From Cystobasidiomycetes sp. EMM_F5 (Eukaryota), in assembly GCA_051047955.1 (NCBI GenBank), contig JBPGPT010000003.1, forward strand, positions 248,001-312,000: DNA of 64,000 bases, in the 5' to 3' direction. Shown one piece after another: positions 1 through 20,121 of this stretch (position 1 is the stretch's first letter; each line of letters starts with the position of its first letter). The position numbers were made by a program, and so were the translations under genes. Below the pieces are notes generated by a model, which had not been told where the DNA came from, made no database searches, and saw only the letters and a list, made by a program, of their open reading frames with translations.

Positions 1-18
1 CAGCAAGCAGGAGTCCGG

Positions 19-42
19 TCTCCCGACACAACTGTCGGGAGA
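19..42. repeat. Perfect 10-bp inverted repeat (TCTCCCGACA-caac-TGTCGGGAGA) just downstream of the tRNA terminator
   Basis: Seen directly: arms 19-28 and 33-42, 4-nt loop. Confidence 0.8.
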
Positions 43-48
43 AGAAGC

Positions 49-53
49 AAAAA
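49..53 (-). terminator. RNA polymerase III oligo(T) terminator of tRNA-Asp
   Basis: TTTTT on the minus strand, 1 nt past the tRNA discriminator base. Confidence 0.8.
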
Positions 54-54
54 T

Positions 55-155
55 CTCTTTGTCTGGGAATCGAACCCAGATCTCCCGCGGTTTGCGCAGT
101 CATAGCATTGCTGCCAAATGACAAGCGGAAATACTAACCGTTATACGAACAAAGA
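55..155 (-). tRNA. tRNA-Asp(GTC) with a 29-nt canonical intron (90-118)
   Basis: Acceptor stem TCTTTGT/ACAAAGA plus discriminator G; D arm GTATAACGGTTAGTAT; anticodon arm TCCGC-TT-GTC-A|intron|C-GCGGG; T arm CTGGG-TTCGATT-CCCAG; mature length 72 nt. Confidence 0.96.
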
Positions 156-589
156 TTACGGTTGTAACTGTGTTCAGGCTTTGACATATCCAACCTGCAC
201 AGCAAATGCTAGAGAAGCCGGAGATGGCGCTGCCTTCGCTGGATTTATCAGCCTGGCCTGTGCCTCGAGGATGATTGTTGACATCGTGACGAAACCGGTG
301 ACGTGCAGCCGAGTGCGTGCTCTCAAACGAGTCGGCGTATTTAGAAGCAAGCCACGGCAAGTGGAGCCAAGCTGTGCGGGAGTCTTTTTGCTGCTTGAGG
401 GTATGCCCGCTGCAGCGAGTGACGCTACTATTCGCCAGTAACAGAGATGGATCGTGCGAATCTACTGCTATCGCCCGAGATGTGTCCTGTAGTGTTCCGT
501 CGAGCCACCAAAGTCGTGCAAGCAAGACTTGCGCCACGGGGTCCTAACCGGGCGATTATTGCCTCACGATACCACTTCCACCGTGCTTC

Positions 590-870
590 TCAGCCGAGCA
601 CCGCAAGCATGTCGTCGACACGAACAAACTTCTCGCGCTCCTTGCCAAGCTTCGCGCCCCTGGCTCGCTCAGCCGCATCGATAGCCTGCCAATCTTGCCA
701 TGACACGATCCGCTGATCACCGAAGCCTTGTGTGCATAAGTCTGGTAAGGGAGGGCGCTGAGCTGCATCTTGCGGAGTCCGTACAATAAAGTCGTCGACT
801 ATATTGGCGGCCACGTCAAATGCATTGTACATTGTGGTTGCAGTGACTCCGTTCGGCGTTTTTGCTAGGC
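590..870 (-). pseudogene. Orphan C-terminal fragment of NADPH:adrenodoxin oxidoreductase (ARH1-like)
   Basis: PNGVTATTMYNAFDVA...VSWQDWQAIDAAERARGAKLGKEREKFVRVDDMLAVL* matches the family C-terminus from memory. There is no room for the N-terminal ~400 aa before the Nudix gene at 1373. Confidence 0.75.
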
Positions 871-884
871 TTCGAGATGTACGA

Positions 885-1350
885 GTATGCGCAGGCTGAC
901 GCATCGCAAATACCGAAATACATGTTGGTGGAGTCACGCATCTTCGGCCAGCAGAAGTCGCGGTGAAAGATTTCGAGGATTTTGGCGTGGCCCCAACGAG
1001 CTACTTCGATGGAGACGCGTGCCAATTCCAAGATAGCAACCTTGATAGAAATGAAATTTCGGAACAGGACAAGTCCGGCTTGGGGTACTTGTGTTGGTTG
1101 AGAGCGTCGTGACGGTAGTCATCGTCGGCAACAGCATTTGCGGCAAATGCTGCGATAATTCTTCAAGTGGCAGCGTCACAGCTCAGGCAAGAAGTCATCG
1201 TCAAGCGGACTCGTCGGGAATATTCGAGGCTTTCAAGCGGTCGGAGGGGGGAATTTGATAATTGGAGAAAACGCCAGAAGCACGAAAAGGGCCGGCAGCC
1301 ACCATGACACGTTCATGAAATGTTGATAAATTTCCCATCCTTTCTGTAAA
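885..1350 (-). mobile_element. Degenerate Ty3/Gypsy LTR-retrotransposon pol relic (RNase H end, linker, integrase HHCC zinc domain)
   Basis: 1076-885 reads GLVLFRN...IKVAILELARVS..VARWGHAKILEIFHRDFCWPKMR....Y...CDAS, matching the integrase Zn-domain pattern with eroded H/C ligands. Upstream FTERMGNLSTF...FSNYQI...KASNIPDE resembles the RNase H tail (weaker match). Stops and frameshifts are present. Confidence 0.7.
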
Positions 1351-1372
1351 TTGAGCGGTGCTTGAACCTGCT

Positions 1373-2097
1373 TCATTGACTGCTCGGAACCTGACACAGC
1401 GCTCGTATTCCGGCCAATGTCGTGGGGAGCCGAGCCAATCCTTCTGCGACTTCTTCACGCCAGCTTGTGAGTCTCTCAGCTTCGTCACGCGTTGCCCATG
1501 TCCGGGTGCGCTCTTGATCCTCAGGCCATTTGTCCTCCAGCTTGTCAACCAAAACGAGCTTGCGTGTCATCTCACATTAGATCCTAGACAGATCCATATA
1601 TAAATGAGGTACTGACTGTGAAATGATATATTGCCCGGGGCACCTCCTCAGCGCTGCGTCCTGCCTTGGCCGAACGCCTATCTGGAACTGGCTCTCCAAG
1701 CGATACGACCGCGCGACCGCGAAAGCCAGCTAAAGAGCAAAGGCCAGACGATATCTTCAGCACCTCAAATAGCCTTGGCACGTTAGCTGACGCCTCACCT
1801 TCTTCCTGTAGGGTTGGCGACATTCTTAGTGATCGCCGACAGACATTTCCACACACCAAATCTACTCACCCAACCTTCGCGCAAGGCGGCCTCCTCCGCA
1901 GTCTCCCCCTTCTCTATCCCACCTTTTGGTAGCACATACCGATCTGCGTGCTTACGCGATGAGCACAGCAGAAATAGTGGCTGCTCGTTCGTAACAAGAT
2001 CTGGCGGTATATGGAGCGAGTTCGGTGCTTGAACCAGCGATGGGCTGGCTGGCAAGTACACTGGGATCGCAACAGCTACGGCCCTGGGTTTTGGCAT
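1373..2097 (-). CDS. Nudix hydrolase, diphosphoinositol-polyphosphate diphosphatase (Ddp1/Aps1-like); 4 exons including a 7-nt microexon
   Basis: LLCSSRKH..YVLPKGGIEKGETAEEAALREGW|EE|AG Nudix box after splicing; C-terminal WPEDQERTRTW motif. Confidence 0.88.
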
Positions 2098-2309
2098 GGT
2101 TGAGCTGAAGAAGAACCATACCACGTTTGGTCAGAGACCCGGATACTGAGATCGAAATCCGGGGTAGGGACAGTAATTCATGTCGCTGATTTGACCATTA
2201 TCGTTCCAGCAGCCTCACGCTCTTCTGGCTACTGACATCAGCAATATGAGATGTACAATTGGCTTCCAGACCTTATTGCACGCAGGGCAATGACAAGCAT
2301 TCACACGCA

Positions 2310-5300
2310 ATGATACCCGGGACCATCGAGATCACGGGAAGCGATAAGGCGGGGTCGACCAGCATTCCAGATTCCCCAGAGAAGACCTTCAGTTATGATG
2401 GACAGCTTGAGGAGAAGTCAAAAGGGCGCTCCAAGCCGTGGAAGGCCTGGCGCAGAACGCGCATCAAGTCAGATACCGCATCGACCGTAATCACAGATAA
2501 CGAATCGGAAATCGGTACAATCGCAGAACCTACCAAGGTCAAGACAAGATGGACGCCGTGAGTAAATCAGTGTTTATGAGCACGATATCTCGGCCTGACC
2601 TGAAGCAAATATAGTATACTTTCTGGCTTGATATGCCCATTCTCGTACGTAGCAGAAAACGCCAATGTCGAGCTTGCGCTGAAGACTCTGTAGGGTGCTG
2701 CTGGAAATACCGGGTTTGACAGCCTTATGGTATGTGAGGCTAGCCAGCGCGAACAGCGAGGTAGTCGAGACACAACCAAATCCAATCGTCCTGGATGTGG
2801 CTTTGGGTAAGTTGTCGGCCCACCGATTCATATGGCTGATACAAGCTCACATCGCTATCCTTGCAGCGATATCTATGGCTCTTGGCGCAATAGCTAACAT
2901 CGCACTAATCGTGAGGTTCCTTGAGCGATACTGCTATGCTGCAACTATCATCGCCATGGTGTGGTATGTTCTTTAATTGCACGCCCGCAACAGCTAGACA
3001 CTTGACGCAATTTCTCATGCAGCCTGACTATACATGACATCATGCAAGTGTTGAAGGTCTCTCGTTGCGTCCTGCTGATCTTCTTTTCACAGTAATACAA
3101 CTGTGGTGACGGTCTTCGGAGTCGTTCACCGTGTTTCCGATGGCTTTGATTATTCCTCGGCTTTCTGGTTGACAGTTGCTTCGTCGGCGGCCTCAGTGGC
3201 CTGTAATATAACGCTCATCTATGATTTTGTTCGAACAAAGGACTTTCGGCATAATGGTATGCAGCGATATTCTAGCCCACCGTTCTGTGCTGACTCCTTC
3301 ATAGGGTCTGGATTGACGACCAAGCAAAGGCAGCTTGTGATTAGCTTTATGGCCATGATCTGCTATTTGGCCATAGGCGCACTCATATTCGACGAGGTCA
3401 TGGGCATTCCTTTCGAAGCCGCTTTATATTTTGTCATAGTACGGTCTGAGTATACAGGCTACGAAGAGCACCCACAGCTTACGTAAGACGTTGCTTTTAG
3501 GTATCATGCGCAACAGTCGGTTTCGGCGACATAGTGCCGAATAACCTCGCGAGCAGGTTACTCACTTTCTTCTACACGTCCGGCGGCATAGTGCTTCTTG
3601 CAGTTACCATTGCACAAGCGCGAGAGGTGCTTATTGAGAGCTTTGCAACTGCCTACCGACACCGGCGGAAGCTCTTGGTCAGCAAAGCAAAGGAACGTAG
3701 AGCGCGGAAGAAGGCTGAATACGAGCGGAGACGACAATTGGCTAGGCTGAACAACACAGAGTCAGACTCGAAAGAACATCTGACTACGAAAGTCGTTACG
3801 ACAAGCGGCAGAGGCGGAGCTGGACGGTCCTCCCGAGCAAAAACGGTTGTCGGGGCGGGTTCCTCTGCTGGCAAGATGTTCATTGCACGTGTCAAGCAAC
3901 GCATAACTGCGTGGAACAGCGAGGATGCTGTCGATAGTACTTCGCTCGAACGCGCCGACACCGTATGTCTCCCCCTTCGCTGAAGAGACAATTGTGGGCA
4001 CACAAAGCTGAACCTCCCTGCAGATCAGTCTGGCGGATGCGGACGGTTACAAAATACGTATGTCCTACGTAGTGGAGGAGCTATGCCAGTCCAGATAGGC
4101 TGATTCCTATTATCAGTCAAGCAACGCATCCATGCCGAACAGAAGAGGGAATTTCGAGTCAAATTGGCATGTGCACTTTTTCTCTTCTTTGTCTTCTGGT
4201 TGGTGGGCGCTGCAGTCTTCACGCAGACCGAATCATGGGTGCGCTATTATTACGCTGTACCGCGCTGTCAGCATGCTGATCATCAATCCCTAGAGCTACT
4301 TTGAGTCTCTGTACTGTTCGTCATGACACCTCGATGTTTGGGGCATCAACTGACGAAGTTACTTCGCAGTCTGCTTTGTATTCTTTTCCACCATAGGTGC
4401 AATTGTTGATACGAATGCCTACGAGTCTTGATCTAATCGTCTCCTTCACTGCAGGCTATGGAGATTTTGCGCCAATATCGCAAGCTGGTCGATCCTTCTG
4501 TGAGTGTTTCAAAGTTAGTATAATTCTACAGCTGACGTATAGCAATAGTCGTTGCGTGGTCCCTGTTTGGCGTTGCCAATCTGACTCTACTATTCTCGGT
4601 CTTGACGGAGTCCTGGTCACTGAAATACAAGTCTTCCATCGAAAAGTCGAAAGTGAAGCGTGCTTTGAAGCGGTTCAAGGTTCCAGGTCGATCGGGCTCG
4701 GTGTTCGCAATGCCCAACGATGTTGCTATGCCTACGGAGCAACCTTTGACGGCTCAACCACTTGCCCCAGTGGACCTTGTGCAGAGATTGGCCGATGCTG
4801 CCAAAGGTTTTGACGAGCATGCCAAATATTTGTAAGCATCCTTCAATAATGAAAGGGTGGCTGAGCGCGCTCACTTTGCATATTGGGTTTCAGAATGCAT
4901 GGTCAGCATGGAGAAGTGCCTGTACAGCTGCGAGCCTTGCTGGACGCAGAGCAAGACCCCGTCAAATTGCAACGCATCCAGGCAGAAGTTGGCGCTTCCG
5001 CGTCGAGCGAAGCGAAAGATGTTAGTTTAGTCCACCAATCCCGTATAACCAGGGTGCTCACACGTAAGTATCGTCTCGGGCCACCAGATACTATTTCTGC
5101 ATTCTTATTATCAAAGCCTGGATTCACTGGTCGATGTTGCGGATCAAGTAAAGCAAGCGCTTCTCGACAAGCAAGACGAAATCCAAAAATTGAGAGCGGA
5201 AGTAGAACGTCTGAAGAGTACGATACAGGACGGGCGCAAAAACATGCTATCGCTTATGCGTAACGACACGATGTCCTCATTCACATCGTCCGAGAGCGAG

Positions 5301-5624
5301 ATGGACAGCGACTATGATGTCTTTGGCGCTTCGCCGACCTCTCCGCTACGACACTTACCCGCAATGAGTGATGCTGAGCGTATTGCTATGGCGTACCATG
5401 CCAGCCATCCGTCTGGCTTGCGAACGCCAGGAGAAATGACGGCTTTCCGATGGCCGCCAGACGCTGTCGCAAGCGAGACTACAACAAATCCGCAGACTCC
5501 GCATGCAGTCGTGCACGCTCGCTCTCCGGACGAGCGAGGAACCCCGACGGGTTCAGTCATCTTGTCTACACCACGCGCCCGGAATGAACCGCGCCGAACC
5601 ATTACCTGGGACGACACACTGTAA
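2310..5624 (+). CDS. TOK1: Outward-rectifier two-pore potassium channel (multi-exon; start uncertain)
   Basis: Two pore loops (ATVGFGDIVP at ~3510 and STI|GYGDFAP at ~4390-4470), multiple hydrophobic TM exons, and the GSGLTxKQRxLVI motif typical of fungal TOK channels. Confidence 0.88.
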
Positions 5625-6001
5625 TATTCATCGAGCAATGTAGGAGCACATCCATCCTTCCATCCATTATAAGTCAAGTCCATACGTATTAGCATTCCGC
5701 GGACAGCGGCTGTCAGTATATTGCACGACATGGTTTAGCTCAAGACTGAGGTTCAATGTAAACAGCATATTAATAGAATATAGCATACTTTGCCCTGACG
5801 GCTCCGTCATCTGCGAGACGTAGGATCCGTATACGTGCGTCAGGTTAATGATAAGATGAGGTATAGAGTCTTAGGTGACAACGATGCATGGGCTCGCGAG
5901 ACAGAACGCCTCTGCTTCGCAACCTAGACGGTCAGTCTTCGTCAAAGCGCCGAGCTTCTGATACATTTTCACCCCGCCGTCAACGCTGTTCATTCGAAAC
6001 A

Positions 6002-6696
6002 CTATAATTCCTTCTTGACTTTAGCTACCGCTGCCGACCCTGCGGCTCCGAGACCACGCTTTTCTGCCCCTCCCAAACTGAACGCATTCACGACATGTGT
6101 GAGCTACTCATGGCAACGCATCTCGGATACAGCTTTGAACTTACTGCCAAAAGTTGATGAAACGATATCCTTGAATGGCTTGCGCAGAAGCGTTTGTAGC
6201 ATGGCAGGCGAAACTGATGCCATTCAATAAAGTAAGCACTGGCTGCGACGTACCACAGAACACAATCGTTGACCTACAGTAGCCAATTTCTCGGTTGTAC
6301 CATGTATGCGAAGCGCATAAAGACGCAGGAGTATGCGCAGAGCGCGCCGGTCATTGGCCCAGAGATGCTCTTCTCATCCTTTGTAGTGATGTCGGTGATG
6401 GCAGCCAGCGGTAGACCCCAGTTCGCGACCTGTCTCCCGAATTAGCGATAACAGCGTTTCGATGGTCTCTGGCGGATCATACAGGTCCCTGCAAAGCGAT
6501 ACATCAGCACAGCGCACGGCAAATGCACAGACTATGATACCAACCCAGAAGTGAGTGCCTAGAGGAATCATTGATGCCTCGCTGTCAGCCTACTTCGTGT
6601 CGAGTATTTACGCATTACAAGCGCACTGAGAAGATAGTTTCGCCATTCCTTGCCTGCCGGACTCGAGAAGAAGCCTGTGCCCGCTCGTGCAGCCAT
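6002..6696 (-). CDS. MPC1: Mitochondrial pyruvate carrier 1 (6 exons including a 6-nt microexon; largely missed by the ORF track)
   Basis: Spliced product ...[23 protein letters not shown]...[49 protein letters not shown]. Confidence 0.93.
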
Positions 6697-6890
6697 GGTT
6701 GCAGTAGTCAGGGTTCAGAGAACAACTGCGCACAGTCTAGTCGGAGGCAAACCAAGCCAGACCTGGTCTCACAATCAATCAATGGTCTGATTTCGGACAA
6801 CCAGGTTGGCTTTGAAACAATTTCAGCCATAGAAACGCAACTACGACAAGCTAGCACACAGTCGAGCTCGCTGGCAGCTCAGTTTCGCTC

Positions 6891-8036
6891 ATGGCAACGC
6901 TGTCACCGCCCTTCCACAGCGTCAGCACTGCGCCGTCCATTGCCATCTCGTCAGCAGCAGCTTCGACGTCGAGTCCGACCTCGTCGCCAACTCTGCGGAC
7001 GCGGGCGAGGACTACGACGAGCTACGGCGGGTCTGCGTCCATGGCAGGTGGATCACCCATGCTCCGAGTGCACACCGGAGACCTGTCACCCCCGCCCGCT
7101 TTTATGCGAAGCAAGAGCTCGTCTGTCGTGTCTGGCAGCAGCACCGCCGGAACTGGCTCCCTGTCCGAACTCGCTTCAGGCAAGTCGGCAGCCAGCACGA
7201 GCAGCAGCAGCAAACGTGGACGGTCATCGTCCATCATCAGCATGCAGGAGATTAAGGAAAACTATGATGACGACCTTGACCGGTCGGCCCTGTCAAACCT
7301 GAATGCAGACTGGGTGAATGCAAAGGGTGAGCGTCGAGACCTCACAAGCTCAGGGCGGATACAGCGAGCGTATCCTCAGACTGAATGCAATACTTGCTGG
7401 GTGCCCTGCTGACGTGCCGCTATACGATTCCCACGACAGGCGCATGGATGATCCACGTCGTCCTGATTGTGCTCGGCAAGATCTTGGTCGACAGTATACC
7501 GTCAATCGAGCAGGACACGAGCTGGACAATCGTATTACAGACGTATCTTATCGTGCGCCCTTGCAATCATCACATACGCAACCCTCGGCGCTGACATGTC
7601 GCGTCCGCAGGCCACTTATACCATGTTTCACTTTGTCGAAGGGGTGCCTTTCGAAAGCAACAACGGCGTATACGACCGCTTGACAATGTGGGAGCAGATT
7701 GACGAGGGCGCGCAGTACACTCCTGCGAAGAAGGTGTTGACGTCCCTGCCCATCATCTTGTACGTTGTTGTCCACCTCACCTGGGATACCGTTGCATCAC
7801 AACTGACTCATAATGCCCATGTTCCTCCTCTCTACTATAGATTTCTCCTATCAACACACTACACTCGATACGACAGACACCCGGCCCTTTTCTCGCTCAA
7901 TATCATCTCGCTCGTCTTCTTCGCATTGATTCCAAAACTCCCCTTTTTGCATCGGCAAAGGCTTACCTTTGGTCCGCCAGCGATGACAGGTAGCGAGCGC
8001 TCATCTGGCGCCAATACGCGTACGTCTGTGTTCTGA
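6891..8036 (+). CDS. ORM1: ORMDL-family sphingolipid homeostasis protein
   Basis: NLNADWVNAKGAW, MFHFVEGVPFE, LTMWEQIDEGAQYTPAKK and FLLSTHYT motifs; Ser-rich N-terminus. Confidence 0.93.
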
Positions 8037-8727
8037 GAAATAATAGCATGAATAGAATGCTAATTAACACATGTCACTTTTCGCAGCGGTCGAAACGGGA
8101 ATGGGCAGAGCGACTCTGTCGACCGTGGTGGAGTAAAAGACTGGACGAGTACCGAATAAGCGAAGTCCGATTTTCTTCTGTACTTTTTTTCTCTCCTTTC
8201 GCCTTGCTTTTACAGAGTGTGCAACAGTATAATCCGACTCCCTCAACCTCCCTCCTGCCACATTGCGGCATCCGACTCGAATGACAAGGCGTACTTTCTA
8301 GATCAGCTCTCCCTGCTCGCAGGAAATTAGCTCCCCACTTGAACCAAGAAGAGCACGACCTTTCCGAGTCGAACCTATCACCAACCAGATGCCTTCATTT
8401 ACGACATACATGCGAGACTGTGCTGCCAATGTATCAAATACACATCTTATGAAATGCAGAACGGAAATTATCATCTAGATTTCTCGTGGCTTTGCGTCCC
8501 AATCGATTGCACACTTAATTACAGCCGTTGCTCGCTATTGCCTGCCACGCAGGGCCTCTGGGGCGCCACCTTTGCTCAAGTACAACATTGATGAACTCAA
8601 ATGCTGTTTGCGGCACTCCCTGCATTGCTGCTACTTGCCACGATTTGTACGTGCGATCTCTGCGACAGGCACATATGCACAAACCATCGCCATTCTTGAA
8701 CCCATGAGCGAGATGACGGGCATTTCA

Positions 8728-9854
<1,127 letters not shown>

Positions 9855-10158
9855 GGCTGAGGGACAAGTAGCAGCTACTCTGGGTGGTTGGACGGTTGCC
9901 AAAGTCGAAAGTCAACCCAAATCAGTGCCGGCTCTCTCTTTCGTTCAATCGAACCCGACAAGACTGAAACCAGCTTCTTGGACTTCATAACAAGCTCTTG
10001 CACGATCCACGGTGTCTATTGTTCCTCGCAGGTTTATCCCAAGCCTTGCTAGATTGACTACTATTGAAGACCGGTACGGCCAGAAAGAGACCATTCGCAG
10101 GCATACAACGTCTAACTCACGGGCTATCCAATCAAGAGTCAAACAGTGGTGATTCAAG

Positions 10159-11110
10159 ATGCCCCCGAAACGCTCAAAACAGTCCTCCTTTCCAGCTGCC
10201 CGGTTTGTGCTTTCGACTGTGCCACATTCACTCAAGCATAATGCTGACGGAATCGTTCGTTGTCTGTAAACGCTGCGCGGATACGTACCTCCAGCATAAA
10301 AGTAAGCATTCGCTATTAGACTCTCGTTGCCTACACATCCCTGATTCCTCCTTTCACCAAAGCGGATTATGCAGCAAGATGATGATGTTGGCAAAGTGGC
10401 CGGAGCCTCGCCCTTGGTGATGTGTGAGTCGGCTCGCAAATAGAATAGCTGAGGGAGGAATCTCTGATGGTCTTCATAAACAGCCAAAGCAGTGGAGCTG
10501 TTCCTTCAAGAGATGCTGCAGGCCATTGAGCAGGAAGCTCGGTCAAAGGGGACCAGAAAGGTATCAATGTACCATGTGTACGTCTTGCGTCATTGTATCC
10601 TATATACTAGATCGGACAACTCATACACCTCCTCACAGAAAACGGGCCGTCCTCTCGACTCCATCCCTAGATTTTCTGAAAGACCTCGTTTCAAGCGTAC
10701 CCGATCCCTCTGGACCGGATGGAGTCGACGATGGCACAGCTGCGCCCAAACCAAAGAGGACGAGAGCACCAAAGAAATCAGCTGGAAGTTCTCTCCTGGA
10801 TGGAGGCACCGCGGCTGGACCTTCGGGTCCCAGTCGACCGGCGAAGAATGGTATTTCCTCCCAGAAAGCCAAAACAACCGTTAAGGCCAATGATGAGTCG
10901 GATGCCGAAGACGGGGGTCCACTATCCGCTGTTCCGACACATGAGGGCGAGACCATCGGGCAGGAAGAGCAAAAAGTAGCCATTCCAATATCAAGTCTGC
11001 TTGGACCTTCGCCATCAGCGTCATCATCCGGAGACGACAAAAAAGGCGCGAGTGCTGCAGCTTCAAGACGCAACGATGATATGGACGAAGACTATGATGA
11101 TGACGAGTAG
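10159..11110 (+). CDS. NC2 alpha / DRAP1 (Bur6) histone-fold transcription cofactor; includes a 7-nt microexon
   Basis: Spliced FPAA|RIK|RIMQQDDDVGKVA...SKAVELFLQ...LDFLKDLV; acidic disordered tail. Confidence 0.88.
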
Positions 11111-11275
11111 AAGGCGGCAGACTCGACCCATCTGATATAAGATGATAGCGATTAAGGTATAGCTATGCTGTAGACTCTGCACATATGTATACACGACAAC
11201 GAATGAGCTGTCTACTTGTACCTAAAGTCTGGTGCAGTGTCGATGCTTCTCATATGCTCGTAACGCATGCTACAA

Positions 11276-19031
<7,756 letters not shown>

Positions 19032-19054
19032 GACAGGTTTGCGAATCGATCACG

Positions 19055-19066
19055 TCAAAATTTCAT
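19055..19066 (-). promoter_or_regulatory. Minimal uORF (ATG AAA TTT TGA) 23 nt upstream of the URA2 start
   Basis: The only ATG seen in ~290 nt between the upstream pyrimidine tract and the main ATG. The TSS is inferred, not known. Confidence 0.5.
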
Positions 19067-19330
19067 GCGATGTATAAGTTGTGAAAGAGTGTCGTGCGAA
19101 GGAGTTGCGGTCTGCAACGTTGTGCCGGTCTAGACGTTGCCGACCAGTGAAGGTCTGCTGCCTTTTCGAGCTCGCCAAACGCGTCTGAAAGCGCTAAACG
19201 CGAAAATGTCGAATTTGCCTAGCCAGTGGGGAGTTGAGATTGACCAAGGTCAGTCAGGATGCAACAGCGCGATGGGCGTCCGTATGCCTGTCGTAGGATG
19301 TCGATTTTGTTGGTACAGACTATGCTACAA

Positions 19331-19420
19331 GAAGGGAAAGAGAGAGAGAGAGAGGAAAGAGAAAGAGTAAAACAGAGCCGCGCTCACGGTAGCCTGCCCT
19401 GCCAGGTGCCAAAATTTTCA
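19331..19420 (-). promoter_or_regulatory. URA2 promoter region: CT-rich pyrimidine tract (19331-19368) and RRPE-like AAAATTTTCA (19411-19420)
   Basis: GA-repeat purine run on the plus strand; exact match to the yeast RRPE motif. Function in this lineage is unproven. Confidence 0.4.
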
Positions 19421-19527
19421 AAATGGGCATAAAGCAAATAAAAGCGAATCATTGACGAGCAACAGCGGTCATTGAAAGGCGGTCTTTTCCCATGTGGTTT
19501 CGCATTGGAATCTTTGTGAGCAATCCG

Positions 19528-20070
19528 CTAGTTGTACAACAACAACGCATGAGGCGAATCTGACAGAAGCGCACAAGAGCTTATCACAGCCGCAGCATGT
19601 AATTCGTCAGTCTGTACAGGAGCTAGCGCTGCCGTGCGTTGCGTCCCGCTCCAGTCTAGGCTTCCTAATAATGCCCGTGCGTTTTGAAGGTTATGCTCTG
19701 CGATGAGGCAGTCACCGCCATACTTTTGCGACTCGAAATACTGCACAGCAGTCCTGATAATCAGCCATTCTCGATGTGGTCCAGCTCCATAGGCTAGAGA
19801 CGACTCGCTCGTTAAACCGCAGGGAACTGGGTCGAAAATGAGCATTGCGAGCCATACGCGGCAAGGAATCAATTTCTGTCCCTCTCTCGCTACAGTGCTT
19901 GCAATGCTGGAGACTTGCGGTTGCAGTTGTCGGAGCAGCTCGCTGTGGAAACTGCGGAGAGCTGATTCGATAACTAGCCGTAAGTGTTGGTTAGTGCAGA
20001 CGGCATCAGTAACGTGCATCCGCAGTGCAGATGTAATGCAGCGCTGTAAGTAAGTTGGGCAATCGGTCAT
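19528..20070 (-). CDS. Hypothetical protein (~180 aa, intronless)
   Basis: Uninterrupted ORF with globular-looking composition and no recognised family; ATG lies only ~50 nt after the RPL23 stop. Confidence 0.35.
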   Translation of the reverse strand: MTDCPTYLQRCITSALRMHVTDAVCTNQHLRLVIESALRSFHSELLRQLQPQVSSIASTVAREGQKLIPCRVWLAMLIFDPVPCGLTSESSLAYGAGPHREWLIIRTAVQYFESQKYGGDCLIAEHNLQNARALLGSLDWSGTQRTAALAPVQTDELHAAAVISSCALLSDSPHALLLYN

Positions 20071-20121
20071 CGTGGAATCAGTCAAAAAAGATTCCTATTG
20101 CCCGGACGTTGTCACAACGAC

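Noticed and set aside
6095..6305. Apparent small spliced plus-strand gene ([12 protein letters not shown]...)
   Set aside because: It is the antisense shadow of MPC1 exons on the minus strand and ends after a few codons.
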